NCBI GenBank assembly: GCA_964016885.1 | Contig: OZ024758.1 | Span: forward strand, 13,082,001 to 13,146,000 | Length of the DNA: 64,000 nucleotides | Direction of reading: 5' to 3' | Origin: Eledone cirrhosa | Lineage: Eukaryota | In this document: in pieces, positions 14,071 through 27,719 of the stretch | Numbering within the stretch: the stretch's first letter is position 1 | Layout of the letters: each line of letters opens with the position of its first letter | The notes under the pieces: model-generated | The model's input: only the letters and a program-made list of their open reading frames with translations | Database searches by the model: none | Told to the model about the DNA's origin: nothing | Position numbers and translations under genes: made by a program

Positions 14071-14699
14071 AGGGCCAAGGACACCAGAAGTCTCCACTGC
14101 CAAGGGCACGACCGCAATCTATCTGACGTCCCAACAACTCTGTCAATTTGCTGTGACCTATAGAGGTATTCTATATAACTATACCACGGTAGATAAACTT
14201 AATATCGAAATACTAAGCAAACATCAAGTTCTAGAAAATCAAACTTTCCAGTTGTTGTCTTCCTATTTCTTCTACAACTACAACGGTACGTGATGGGGTC
14301 TACCCACAGCCCCGGCGGACAGAATGGAGAAGGTGTTTCCTCGGAAGACGGTGAGGGAGACGCGCTGGAAGCGCCATTTCAACTCGCGGGGCTCACACCT
14401 GCAGCTGGCCAGCTCAGCGCCTTACGGGGGGGGGGGTCGATAAAATAAAGTACCAGTAATGCACTGGGTAATTGCTGGCCTTGTGCCTAAAGTAGAAACA
14501 ATTATCTATAACAAAAAATATTTATAGTTTATTCTTTTTATTCATTTATATTTATTTCATGACTGGTTGCTTCACAGGAATGTTACAATCTTGTCAACTA
14601 GATGTCACAACGGTTGATATAAACAGGATTAGTTGTTAACAAAAACATACACACGGTAATTGTCCCCTTACAGTATTTTCACAACCTGTTCCTGAGTAC

Positions 14700-15245
14700 T
14701 TTATTAAGTGTTCCAGCTGACAGCCTGAGGTCAGGCTGGGGCACTGCCTACGCTATTAAGTGTTCAGCTGACAGGCTGAGGCCAAGCTGGGGCACTGTCT
14801 ATGCTATTAAGTGTTCCAGCTGACAGGCTGAGGCCAAGCTAAGGCACTGCCTACTCTATTACATGTTCCAGATGACAGCCTGGGGCCAAGCTGGGGCACT
14901 GCCTACTCTATTACATGTTCCAGCTGACAAGCTGAGGCCAAGCTGAGGCACTGCCAACGCTATTAAGTGTTCCAGCTGACAGCCTGAGGCCAAGCTGAGG
15001 CACTGCCTACGCTATTAAGTGTTCAGATGACAGGCTGAGGCCAAGCTGGGGCACTGTCTACGCTATTAAGTGTTCCAGCCAAGAGGCTGAGGCCAAGCTA
15101 AGGCACTCCTACTCTATTACATGTTCCAGATGACAGCCTGAGGCCAAGTTGGGGCACTGCTTACTCTATTATATGTTCCAGATGACAGTCTGATGCCAAG
15201 CTGGAGCACCACCTACTCTATTATTCTATTAAGTGTTCCAGCCAA
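14700..15245. repeat. ~52-bp minisatellite, ~10 copies
   Basis: Unit TATTAAGTGTTCCAGCTGACAGCCTGAGGCCAAGCTGGGGCACTGCCTACGC. Confidence 0.9.
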
Positions 15246-15374
15246 CAGTGTTCACATATTATGAAGATAAAACATACTCGCACAGTAAAAACCTTTGTGC
15301 GGGCCGCAGGTGTGCTTTTAAAGGGCCGCATGCAGCCCGCGGCCCTCATGCTTGACACGCCTAGTTTAGCATAT

Positions 15375-15691
15375 ATATCAAGCATAGATGAGTTGAGAGA
15401 GAAACTGTTTATAAGAGGGATAAGTTGTAGTGTGCGGGAGAGAAGACTGCGATGGTATGGACATGTGATGCGCATGGGGGGTGACCGCTGGGTAAAGAAG
15501 TGCCAAGAAATCCCAGTAGAAGGAAGACGTGGTAGGGGAAGACCATTAAAAAACATGGGCGGAGGTGGTGAGAGCAGACCTCAGATCACTGGAGCTCACG
15601 GAGGAGATGACGAAAGACCGTGACAAGTGGAGAGATGCTGTGCTAAATAGGACCCGTCCCACCCTTGCAAGCAGGGAAAAGCGGACATAAA

Positions 15692-15750
<59 letters not shown>

Positions 15751-15775
15751 GACGATGATGATGACGATGATGATG
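15375..15775 (+). mobile_element. RTE-clade LINE 3' fragment with (GAT)n tail
   Basis: Translation RRLRWYGHVMRM..RWVKK...VEGRRGRGRP is the typical RTE C-terminus. Other copies at ~11660-11858 and ~29950-30230. Confidence 0.8.
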
Positions 15776-16332
15776 ATCACCACCTCTAGCCTCCACCCTA
15801 AACTGTAGATTCTTTACGGTACACATGACCACCTCGACTATGTGTTATTCCACAATTTATGTTGAAACTAATTTGTCCAATCTTTCCTTTCTCCAGAGTA
15901 TCAACTTTCTGAAACCTCACCCCCACGTCTGTTTATCCTGCTGACGTCAACTAACATATATTCAAGCGCAATTACAATTCTATTATTTTCATCAATCTGT
16001 AAGGGTTTACAAAAGTCATGCTTCATTGAATAAACCACTGAACAAACCCCTAACTAAATTCACTTGATGTGCACACCTATTCTCCTCTTGTCAGCCTTAC
16101 TAAGTCTAATACACACACACACACATACACACACACACATACCTAAACTAAACACTTTATCCAGATATTACTCTGTAAAATCTCTTGTGTTTATAGAGAA
16201 AATTGTTTCTACTTTTGGCACAAGGCCATCAATTACCCAGTACATTACTGGTACTTCATTTTATCGACCCCGTAAGGATGAAAGACAAATTTGACCTCGG
16301 CGGGATTTGAACTCAGAATGGAAAGGTCAAGT

Positions 16333-16720
16333 GAAACAGCCCCTTGCTCCCTAATATATACACACACAAGAGGAAATCGAAACTGCATTGTGGACCATGT
16401 TTATTGAGAACGTAAGCTGCAACACAATACCCCACCAAACACAGCCCCTTCTTCCCTAATACACACCCACCCAAAAGGAAATCGAAAATGCACTGTGGAC
16501 CATCTTCGTCGTAAGCTGCAACACAATACCCCACCAAACACAGCCCCTTCTTCCCTAATACACACCCAACCCAAAAGGAAATCGAAAATGCACTGTGGAC
16601 CATCTTCGTCGTAAGCTGCAACACATCTCCTACCCTCCTAATACATACACACTCAAAAAGAAATTGAAACTGCATCGTGGACCATGTTCATCGCAGTTGA
16701 AACACAATACCCCACCAAAC
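16333..16720. repeat. ~100-bp tandem repeat, ~4 copies
   Basis: Repeated CAGCCCCTTCTTCCCTAATACACAC...GGACCATCTTCGTCGTAAGCTGCAACAC. Confidence 0.85.
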
Positions 16721-17539
16721 ATCACAGAACAGGCAGGCACATGTTCACATCTTGAAGGATCAATGACCCAGATCTAAATATATCGACTATTTTATTATCA
16801 TATAATAAATATGTAAGATTAAATAGAAGTATATAGATAAAATCAATTAATTATTACTAGGGACCTTATTATAAACATAATACATAAGATATATAATCAA
16901 AGCGAGAGAAAAAATAAGGAAAAAACAAAAGAATTAATTGAACACAAAGTGCTTCAATCAGTTACACACAACATCGGACACTCTTGAGTCAAGCCAACAC
17001 TTTCTCAGTATTACCACGGGTGATGGCGAGGCTAAGGCGCTGAAATAACCAAGTGCTCTCACTTATTGATTTTTCAGTAGACACAAATCTTTGTGGGTAG
17101 GGATATAGTCAATTTAATCAATCTGAAATCAATCTCAAATGCTTGACTGATACTTTATTTTATCGACCATCGAGGGATGAAAGTCAAAATTGATCTTGGG
17201 TAGATTTGAGCGAAACTTTCTAACAATTGGTTTGTCTAGCTTGTATTTCCCCAGTGGATATTTTGGCATTAGTTAAACTATGATATATACACACTTTTAT
17301 TAGAATGCTGTTGAAGTGTGTATACAATTTTGGGGACACTATATATATATATATATATCCGAGGGTAATCCCAAAAGTAAGGTCTCCAAAGCGATGAGGA
17401 GCAGAGAAACTGTTCGTACGTCTGTTGGCAACACTGTTGTGATTGGTGCTTCCTTGTGATTGGTGCATAGAGTTACGGCCCTTTCTATTCTGAGTTCAAA
17501 TCTCGCCGAGGTTAACTTTGCCTTTCATCCTTACGGAGT

Positions 17540-18631
17540 CGACATCTTCAGATATTCTGCCTCAACGGTGAACAGGTGTGGTCGCCGTTTATCAGACAGG
17601 CCTTTCCGCAGCTCATTTCTTTGACTGAGCTGCAGTCCTAGGTCAAGAAGAGACCGAGACTGGCTGACTGGCACCTGGAAGGTTGCGAGGCACTCACTGC
17701 CCTCTACCAAGCGGGCAATGCGATCAGTGGAACTTCCACTCTCGAGTTCTATAGAGGATTAGTGGTGGGCAAGTGCGATGACGCACTCGGAGAAGCTTTG
17801 GGCCTCGACGAAGTCGAACTGACCAGTCTGTACCGGAGGACTTTTGAGCCGGGGACGATGGACAATTTCCAGAAATCCCTCGCTTGGCAGTTCTACCGGG
17901 GGGGGGGGGGCACTGCCGGTTCGGGATAAACTCTACAGGCACGGAAGTGCTGTCAGACGGACCTGCCCAAGATGCACACAGAACGACGAAACCGTTCTGC
18001 ACGCACTTGTCCAATGTCTGTGCATTACTGACTTGTGGAGTTATGTCGAACAGCTACTGTCGCGTGTGGAACGAATCCGGCTATCGGCCGAGTCCATAGT
18101 GAAGATCGACCCACCGCCTTCCTTAGGTCAGGAAGAGCAGGAAATTTTCCTCTGTCTGGTGGACCAGGTTAAAAGGACTGAAGACAGGCACTTTTCTCTT
18201 CGGCCAATCCCTCATCAACTTCTTCAAGTTTCACCTGGAAAGGAAGGTGAGGGTGGAGAGAGAAGTGCTGCCCCCCAGTACATTTGCTAAAAGGTGGGTG
18301 AATGTGACGAGAATGGCTCGTGTGAATGGGCCTACTCTGACCATGCGCCTATAGGCTAGCTAACTTGAGGAGAGGGGTGCTCTCCCTGGGTGCCCTAGAA
18401 GCGCAGGGTGGTTCAGGATTGGTAGGGTACCCGAGTCACCCCAGGCGTTCACCCCCTATCGGGGAATTTATTTTGTTATATTTATGCATAGTTTATTTTA
18501 TATTTTTATATCTTCATTGTTAAATTAGTCTTGCCATTGTGCACTTTTACTCGACCTTATTGTAAACCCCCACTGTCCCTGTCTTTGTATTGTCCCCCAC
18601 ATGTCGGTCCTTGTGGCTAATAAATGAAATC
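17540..18631 (+). mobile_element. Tx1/L1-clade LINE 3' end (zf-RVT region + 3' UTR), frameshifted
   Basis: ALPVRDKLYRHG...CPRC...ETVLHALVQC..I..LW is a CCHC motif. The 3' tail is CCTTGTGGCTAATAAATGAAATC. Tail-only copies are at 2552-2610(-), 18845-18887(-) and 48200-48275. Confidence 0.75.
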
Positions 18632-18632
18632 A

Positions 18633-18820
18633 GGGGCGGTGGATTGGCAGTATCGGTAGAGGGTCGGACGCCATGCTTTCCAGCATAGTTACGTTCCTTT
18701 ACGATCTGAGTTCAAATCCCGCCGAGGTTGACTTTGCCTTTCATCCTTACGGGGTCGATAAAATAAAGTACCAGTAATGCACTGGGTAATTGCTGGCCTT
18801 GTGCCTAAAGTATAAACAAT
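18633..18820 (+). mobile_element. tRNA-derived SINE family 1 (representative full copy)
   Basis: Box A-like TGGCAGTATCGGTAGA, box B GAGTTCAAATCCC and core ACTTTGCCTTTCATCCTTACGGGGTCGATAAAATAAAGTACCAGT. About 25 copies, e.g. 6175, 7434, 8970, 23718(-), 25972, 31165, 42712(-), 44800, 51158(-), 51845(-), 54672, 56494(-), 57985(-). Confidence 0.85.
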
Positions 18821-18882
18821 TATTATTATTGTTATTAATATAAATGATTTCATTTATTAGCCACAAAAGCCGACATGTGGGG

Positions 18883-18935
<53 letters not shown>

Positions 18936-19121
18936 ATGTATATGTATATGTGTATATATATTTTTTTTTCTCGTGCAATGGGCATACTCGATGACGAGGG
19001 GGCAGCTATCATGTATGTATGTATATATATATATATATATAGCCCTAGCCTTTTATGATAATTATGCTTCCAACTCCTTTTTACGATAGTTATATTAATA
19101 TAATATAAAGGTTATTTATAA

Positions 19122-19169
<48 letters not shown>

Positions 19170-19185
19170 TGTACCAGTCTAAACA

Positions 19186-19625
19186 TAACCACTACTACCA
19201 CCACTACTACTACAATTACTTCTACGACTACTACTACTACTGCTGCTACTACTACTACTACAACTACTACTGCTACTACTACTACTACTACTGCTACTGC
19301 TACTACTACTACTACTACTACTACTAGAAGCACTGCTACTTCTACTATACAACTACTACTAGTACTACTACAATTACTACTACTACTACTACTACTACTA
19401 CTATTACTACTACTACTGCTGCTCCTGCTGCTGCTACTATTACTACCACCACTACTACAACTACAACCACCCACCACTACCACCACTACTACAACTACCA
19501 CTACTACAACTACAACCACCAGTACTACTACTACAACCACTACTACTATAACCACCACTACTATAACCACCACTACTACAACCATCACTACTACAACTAC
19601 CACCACTACCACTACTACTACCATC
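19186..19625. repeat. (ACT/ACC)n trinucleotide tract
   Basis: Direct inspection. Confidence 0.9.
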
Positions 19626-20658
19626 AGTAACAAACGCCATCACTTGTAGCAGAAAACAAGCACCAAGCTGGTGACCAATCAAACCGAAGAACGTCACAAC
19701 CTTCCTCCATTCAGACGCGGTCTCCTCTCCCTATTCCTCCGCTACTATATTCAATAGTAACAACAACAGTAGTAAGAGCATTAGGCGAGGTTTACTCTCC
19801 CCCCTCCCCGCCTCAACTCCAGTACTACACTCATTAACAACAACAACACTAATAACAGCATTAGGCGCGGTTTACTCCCCTCCCTCTCCTACAGTAGTAG
19901 TAGTAACAACATCAACAGTAATAACAACAATAGTAGTAGCATTAGACAAGCTTTACTCCCCCTCTTCCTCTCTCCTCTCCCTCTTACCACTCCAGTACTA
20001 TATCAATTAACAACCACAACAACAACAGTAACAACCACAGTAGCAACATTAGAGGAAGTTTACTCCCTTTCCTCTTACTTCCACCCTCTCGCTCCTACTA
20101 CTCCAGTAGTACATCAATTAACAGCAACAACAGCAGTAACAGTATCCTACTCCCCTCTCTCTCTCTCCTCCTACTCCAGTACAACAACATCAGTAACAAC
20201 CACAGTAGCAGTATCAGGCTACCCTCCTCCTACTCCAGTACTACACCAATCAACAACAACAACAGCAATACCAACCACAGTAGCAGTATTAGACTACCCT
20301 CCTCCTACTCCAGTACTACACCAATCAACAACAACCACAACAGCAGTAACAACTACAGTAGCAGTATTAGCAAGCTAAGCAAAGGAAGGGAATTTTGGTA
20401 GCAGCGACGTCGTGGGGTTTTTTCTCCAACCCATCCTTTATTGTTACACCCTAGTTTCTTCAGTGGTGGTCATCTAGTTTTTTTTTTTTTTTAAGAAAAA
20501 AAAAACCAAGCCCAGACCCAGCCATTCCACCGTTCTTTAACGAAAAATAACAGATTGGAAATACTGGTTTCTTTTTACCTTTTCGCCATTCATAGATATT
20601 TCTAACCAGTTGAGAGAGAAAAAACAGCTTCATTTTTCTGTTGTAAATTATTAACAGG

Positions 20659-20704
20659 ATGGGATTCGAAGTGTGTGGACCTAATGAGGTGATGGTCGTC
20701 TCAG
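20659..20704 (+). CDS. FLOT1: Flotillin-1 first coding exon (MGFEVCGPNEVMVVS-G)
   Basis: Translation matches the flotillin N-terminus (human FLOT1 MFFTCGPNEAMVVSG). The exon is 46 nt and ends in phase 1 at TCAG|GTAAGT. An acceptor-like ttaacag lies just upstream (20651-20657). Confidence 0.93.
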
Positions 20705-20844
20705 GTAAGTTGGATTGTGGCAGTTTTTACCTGTTTTTATCTGTTTTTACCTATGTTTGCCTATTTTTGTTCCCCTGCCTTTTTGTCTTTTTCCCATCTA
20801 TCTATTTTGATCTATGTCTCTTCTATCTTTCTTTTTTGCTTCTT

Positions 20845-20926
<82 letters not shown>

Positions 20927-21386
20927 GGTTTCTTAACCATCGTCTCAGGCTAATTTCTACTCGCCGAAATGCGATTCTCGCTAAATTTATATTTGTATAT
21001 ATATATATACATATATAGATACATACATGTACATACACACGTATACATACATGTACATGCACACATATACATGTACATACGTATACATACATACATATAT
21101 ATATATTATATATATATACACTATTTTCCCCGTTTCTATCCCGGTTCTGTTCCTATATACCTGTCGGTGTCTACCCCATCTCTGTCTACCCCTTATATAT
21201 ATATATTCTCCCTCACTTTTCGTTGCTTCACCATCTTTGTTTGTTTACACTCTCGTGTCCCCTTTATTTACGTGTCCCAACGACTTTTTTTAGCCGTTGC
21301 TCGCACCAACCGGAGGTATATGGTCTTTAAAGCGATGAAATACCAATGATGGTTGGAAGATCACTGATGAAGGACTAACTTTATTC

Positions 21387-21421
<35 letters not shown>

Positions 21422-23501
21422 TCAACTCAATAATCCTTCTAACTCCACCTCGTAATTCTCAAAACATCAACATTTAAAAATCGATTCAGTTCTTTGGACA
21501 AACCATACAATACGACAACTACAACAACAACAACTACAACAACATTAGTAGTTGTAATAATTTCAGTAATAGTAGTAATAATAATACTAGTAATGACAAC
21601 TAATTATAGAGACATATCATCAGTCACTTCAGCCGTCACAATAATAATTACATTAGTAAGTAATAGTAATAGTAGTAATAGTAACAGCAACAGTAATAAT
21701 GTGACATGATCACAGACACTCCAGCCGTGACAATCACGTTTGATTATGCTCCAGATATATTTGCTATCTAGAAACCAGCATTACATTACCCTATCTATCA
21801 ATCTATATCGTAGCTTATTGATTGAACTGATTGATCTAAGGAGAGGGTGGGGTTTAGAAACTAAGCTTCCTTTGTTAGTTAAGTTGTTTTTTAGACGTAT
21901 GTTAGCCTCCAATCATAACCACCCCATCTTTATTTAGATAATAGTATATCTAAGACTATATCGTACAACGGTGTCCTCATTTTTTTTATAAGATGGTAGA
22001 TGAAGTTTTGGGTTCGTACGACTATGTAAAGATTCCTATAAAATAGTAGTTATAATAATTCCCTATTTAAAATTATTTATTTATTAAGATGTTTACAGTA
22101 GCAGTAATTAATGTGGTTGTGTATATAATGTTTTATTTATATATATATACAGCTTTAATAAATTGCTCTGGATTTTTTGTTGATAAAAAAACATTCCATT
22201 AGTTTCGTTTCGTTAAGGTTCCAGATTCCTGTTGTTGTTTAACCCTAGGTCAACCCTTATATTTTATATTCTAGATTTAGTAATTATCGTAAAAGTACTT
22301 TAAAATACATTTAATATTATTATTATAAAAAGTCTCCTACAATAATATTTTATCAGAAATGTAGTTTAGTAAAATATCTGCTGCAGTGTGATATAGTCAC
22401 GAGAAAGCTTTACTTAGTCTCTCGTAGTTAGAAATATCAGCACCTTGATGTCTAAAAGAAGAAAAAATGGTTAGGCGGATATTATTTTGGGTTTAAATCC
22501 CGCCGAGGTTAGCTTTGCTTTGCCTTTCATCTTTACGGGGTCGATAAAATAAAGTACTTGTAATGCACTGGCCGACCTGCCAACCTCTAAAAACCCAAAC
22601 GAGGAGTACTATGGAAAAAAAACTGCCCCTAAACAGGAAGAAATGAGGCAAAATAGGGAGATTTTTCGTAATGAAAGCTATACCTATTTTCACAAGAGAA
22701 GACTTCTCTCATCCAGCCTAAATTGGGTGACAGATCTCCCCTTCTGACGAGGAGGGTTGGCAGATCTGTTACTGGGGTAGATTTGACTTTCTCCCTCCCC
22801 CTTCAAATTGCTGGCCTTGTGCCCTAAAGTAAAAACAATTACGTTGGGAAAAATAATTACTAGATTGGGGTGGGGGACTAATTACCAAGAATACATATCC
22901 CAAATTTCTGGTGCAATTAACTTTTTGTCGCACTTGCTGTTTTAATTATTGATTAAAAAACAACATAAGACAAAATAGTGCGTAGCCAACACCCATTTCT
23001 CATTCCATATTTTAGTACACACACCTCTATATACATACATGGTGTCCCAAAAAATGTATATACTCTTCAGCAGCATTCTAATAAATATTACCTATACAAG
23101 TAATCAGTCAGTGTATATACATTTTGGGGGACACCCTGTGTGTGTGGTTATGTACGACTATTAAATCTTGTTTATAATACTCGTGTGGTGTAGTTTTTTA
23201 ACAAATTACCATCATTATATCTAACAAGTGTGTTTTTAAATAACTTCGCATGTAAACCTCTAACCTCTATATTGGCGGTTTGTTATCGTTTAGAACATCA
23301 GGGAGCTCTTGATTGCGTTGGTTTGTTATCAGAGACGTCTCAGCCATGACCATCCTGTCTTCGTCACAAGCATTGCACACACACACACACACACGCACAC
23401 GCACATATATATGTGTATATCTAGGACTGCATTATCAAGTATCTCTCTACCCCTCCTTTTGAAAGGCCGTAGGGTGTCCATCCTGTTTTCTTCTCAAGCA
23501 T

Positions 23502-23545
<44 letters not shown>

Positions 23546-23681
23546 TATAGAAATGGCTTCTTCCGAATGAAACAGATCTAGTCCTGTAGAAGCCATTTCT
23601 ATATTAAATATTTATACTCTGCTATGTATTGAGTACCTTACTAACTGTGATTAGCCCCAATTGAACCCGGGATAAACATAT

Positions 23682-23721
<40 letters not shown>

Positions 23722-23914
23722 GTTTCTACGTTTGGCACAAGGCCAGCAAATACCCAGTGCATTACCGGTACTTTATTTTATCGACCCCGTAAGGATGAAA
23801 GGCAAAGTTAACTTTGGCGGAATTTGAACTCAGAATGGCAAGGGCCGTAACTCTATGCGACAAAGCATGGCGTCCGACCCTCTACCGATACTGCCAATCC
23901 ACCGCATATATATA

Positions 23915-24525
23915 TAGTTATGGCTACATTATCCAGTGCCCCTCCCTCATTCTTAAAGACCGTAAGGTGTCCATTCCGATCTCATTTCAAGCATTGTATA
24001 CATATATATCTAGGACTAAATTATCCACTGTCCCTTTTTTTTTTGAAAGTATGTAGGGTGTTCACCCCATCCTTATTTCAAGCATTGTATACATATAAAT
24101 CTCGGACTGAATTATCCACTGTCCCCTTTTTTTTGAAAGACCGTAGGGTGTTCACTCCGTCCTCATTTCAAGCATTGTATACATATAAATCTAGGACTGA
24201 ATTATCCACTGTCCCCTTTTTTTTTGAAAGACTGTAGGGTGTTCACTCCGTCCTCATTTCAAGCATTGTATACATATAAATCTAGAACTGAATTATCCAC
24301 TGTCCCCCTTTTTTTTGAAAGACTGTAGGGTGTTCACCCCGTCCTCATTTCAAGCATTGTATACATATAAATCTAGAACTGAATTATCCACTGTCCCCCT
24401 TTTTTTTTAAAGACTGTAGGGTGTTCACCCCGTCCTTATTTCAAGCATTGTATACATATATATCTAGGACTACATTATCTAGTGTCTCTCTACCCTTCCT
24501 CCGTCCATTTGAAAGACTGTAGTGT
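23915..24525. repeat. ~90-bp tandem repeat, ~6.5 copies
   Basis: Repeated ATTTCAAGCATTGTATACATATAAATCTAGGACTGAATTATCCACTGTCCC...GTAGGGTG. A detached unit lies at 23410-23505. Confidence 0.9.
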
Positions 24526-24915
24526 GCGATATTAATATTTAACTACTATTTCTAGCAGGTCAAGCGAGACCAACGTACAGCTGCTTCTTCTTTTTTTCTG
24601 TCTCCATCTCTAACGATTCTCATCAGCTTCCCGTTGTTGTTGTTGTTGTTGTTTTCCATTGAAACCTAATCTACTTTTTTCTCCTGTAAAGTATTTATAG
24701 TAAGACGGGCGTTGATGATTTTCGATGTTAGTAGCGTGAGATACTTACTAAAATGTTGCAGTCTCTCTTAATGGGTTGGCAGTATCGGTAGAGCGTCAGA
24801 CGCCATGCTTTGCGGCATAGTTATGGCCCTTTACGAACTGAGTTCAAATCCTGCTGAGGTTAACTATCTTTACGTGGGGGGGATAGAATAAACTACCAGT
24901 AATCTATCTATCTAT

Positions 24916-25180
24916 CTAAGGCGGGTAAAATTCCCGAGATCCATGGACGAGTTCTCTCCAACGGTCTCTGTCCCTCATTATCGCTGCCATGTGTTGCGTC
25001 TCCAACAGACCAGTGTCTGTCCTTAGGGCATCAACATATGTTAACCTTGGTCTTCCTCTTCTAGTGAGTCCATGTAGGGGCTCCCAAAGGAGCACTGAGT
25101 GCAATGTCAACTCTGGATGTCGGTGAGCATCTCCAGCTAACCTCAGTCTCCTCTGTGTCACTTTTGAGCTGACCTTTGGG
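24916..25180 (-). mobile_element. RTE-like LINE 3' fragment (second family)
   Basis: RRLRLAG.AHRHPE....LLWEP.HG..RRGRPRLTYVD.L..DTG. A shorter copy is at 44199-44360. Confidence 0.75.
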
Positions 25181-25595
25181 GTGCTCCCATACAGCCCCCA
25201 TACAGTAATGCACTGGGTAATTAGTTGCCTTGTGCTAAAAGTAGAAACAATTATAATAATAAAGATGATGATAATGGTTTCTATTATAGGCGCAAGGCCA
25301 GCAATTTTGGAGGAGAGGAGGAGAAAGTCGATTAAATCGACCCCAGTGCATTACTGGTACTTTATTTTATCGACCTCGTAAAGATGAAAGGCAAAGTTAA
25401 CCTTGGCGGGATTTGAACTCAGAACGTCTCTACCTCTGTCTCTCTCTCCCTCTCTCTCTCTCCCTTGCTCTCTCTCTGTCTCTGTCTCACTCTCTCCCTT
25501 GCTCTCTTTCTCTCTCTCTCGCTCTCTTTCTCTCTTTCTCTCACTCTCTCCCTTGCTCTCTCTCTCTCTCACTCTCTCCCTTGCTCTCTTTCTCA

Positions 25596-25638
<43 letters not shown>

Positions 25639-27368
25639 GTCAATTAGAGGGTCACTGCATACATTGCCTCCTTTATTTAACACCACGTGACCAGACAGGA
25701 CTTTGTTTTGTTTTTTTTATCAACATTTCCTGGGAGCGACTTTACTTATTTCTCTTGTCAACAGATTTATCTGAAGACTCGGTTTGATATAGTGGGTGGT
25801 GATGTTGTTTCTGACTTATAATGAGGGTGCGGCATCTGCTGAGAATGTTGAACGATGAGGTGTGGTTGCCGTTTGTCGAGCTACATTTACTTGTATGTAT
25901 TCTGTCTCTCTGACAGAGCTACTACTACCCAGGGTTAACCCTACAGTATTTACATTATATATATTCTCTAAGGGTGGTGTATTGGCAGTATCTGTAGAGG
26001 ATCGGACGCCGTGCTTTGTTGCATAGAGTTACGGCCCTTGCCATTCTGAGTTCAAATCCCGCCGAGGTTAACTTTGCCTTTCATCCTTATGGGGTCGATA
26101 AAATAAAGTACTGGGTAATTGCTGGCTTTGTGCCAAAAGTAGAAACAATTATATATATATACTCTGTGTGTGTGTATGTATACATGTTAATTGAGAGGTT
26201 GTGAGTTCAATTCTCAGACCGGGTGATGTGTTGTTTCCTTGAGCAAGACACTTTATTTCACATTGCTCCAGTTTACTCAGCTGTAGAAATATGATAAGGA
26301 CTGGGATCCCTATCATTCCACTGCAAAGTGGTCGTGGAGGTGCCACGGCAAAAAAAGCACCCAGCACTCACTGTAAATGAGGTTGGTGTTAGGAAGGGCA
26401 TCCAGCTGTAGAAATCAAGCCAGCATCAGTTCCCGTCCCACCCTTGCAAGCAGGGAAAAAGCGGACGTAAAATGAAATGATGATGATGATGATGTATACT
26501 CTATTGTGTATATATATACATATATATATATATGTAATCTTTCTGACAGCTACCACCCTGGGTTAACCCTTTAGCATTTACATTATATATATACTCTATT
26601 GTATTTTTGTGGTAAAGGCTTTACCTCACATAATTATCTCACATACTGGCTGTAACCAGCCACTCATATTGATGTTAAGGTATTGTTCTCAAAATAAATA
26701 TCAAAATCTCGTAGATTTGATATTATGTGAAATAAACCCAGCACACACTGTCAATGTGGTTGGCGTTAGGAGGGGCATCCAGCCGTAGAAAACCAGCCAG
26801 AAACTCATATCAGCGAAATATGGTCACCCAACCTAATTTGTCTTTAAATGGGACAAACCTGTCTAACCTATGCTAGCGTGGAAGATAGAGGTTAATCGAT
26901 TATGAAAGCCATTATCACGAAAATACATAAGTATATATAGAGAGCAATGTAAATACTAAAGGGTTAAGTGGTTTTAAAACTATTTATTATATAGATGTTT
27001 TTCAACAGATTTTCAATAGTTTTGATAACAAAGATAGATACAATGAATAAACAAACAAAAATAAACCAGTGTTGTTTCCTGTCAGCTCTAACTTCTTAGA
27101 TCACGTACACCCAACACCTAATAAAAATAAGATAACTTTACCGAAGTGAACTTTACTCAGTCTTAAGAATCAAATGTGATTTCTCATATTTCATAATTTT
27201 TAAATCACCATGTGAAATAAACACAGGTATTGCTAATTATATATAATTACACAGGTATTGTTAATTATGTCTAATGAAAAAGACTTTGCTCTTTGTGTTT
27301 CCATATTCGATACTTTAAAAAGTAAGGTACTTTTTTTTTATTTTAAGATAATAAAAAAGATGAATATA

Positions 27369-27404
<36 letters not shown>

Positions 27405-27719
27405 GTGTGGCCAGAGAGAACACATGTATGTGTAGAGGGAGAGAGAGAACACTCGCTCGTGTTTGTGTGAGTGTAGAGTGAGAGAACAGTTGTATGTAGA
27501 GAGAGAGGGGGAGAGAGAACAGTTGTGTGTAGAGAGAGGGGGGAGGAGGAAAGAGCACTTTAGTATTAGAGAGGGAAATAGTAAATTTAATCGTGTTAGT
27601 TGAGTACAGAAATCGATTTAATCAACTCCCCCCCCCCTCTTGTATCACAATGTTATTAGAATTCTTAATATAGATTTCCCCCTTTTTTTTAAATGTGTGA
27701 GAACCCTATCTTCCTTCGT

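Noticed and set aside
12857-14109. Repetitive 295/122-aa ORFs
   Set aside because: They come from a 38-bp minisatellite cycling through all frames.
21364-21385. CTGATGAAGGAC as a hammerhead
   Set aside because: There is no stem II partner or downstream GAAA. Similar partial motifs at ~9247, ~33352 and ~59110-59140 (-) were too degenerate to call.
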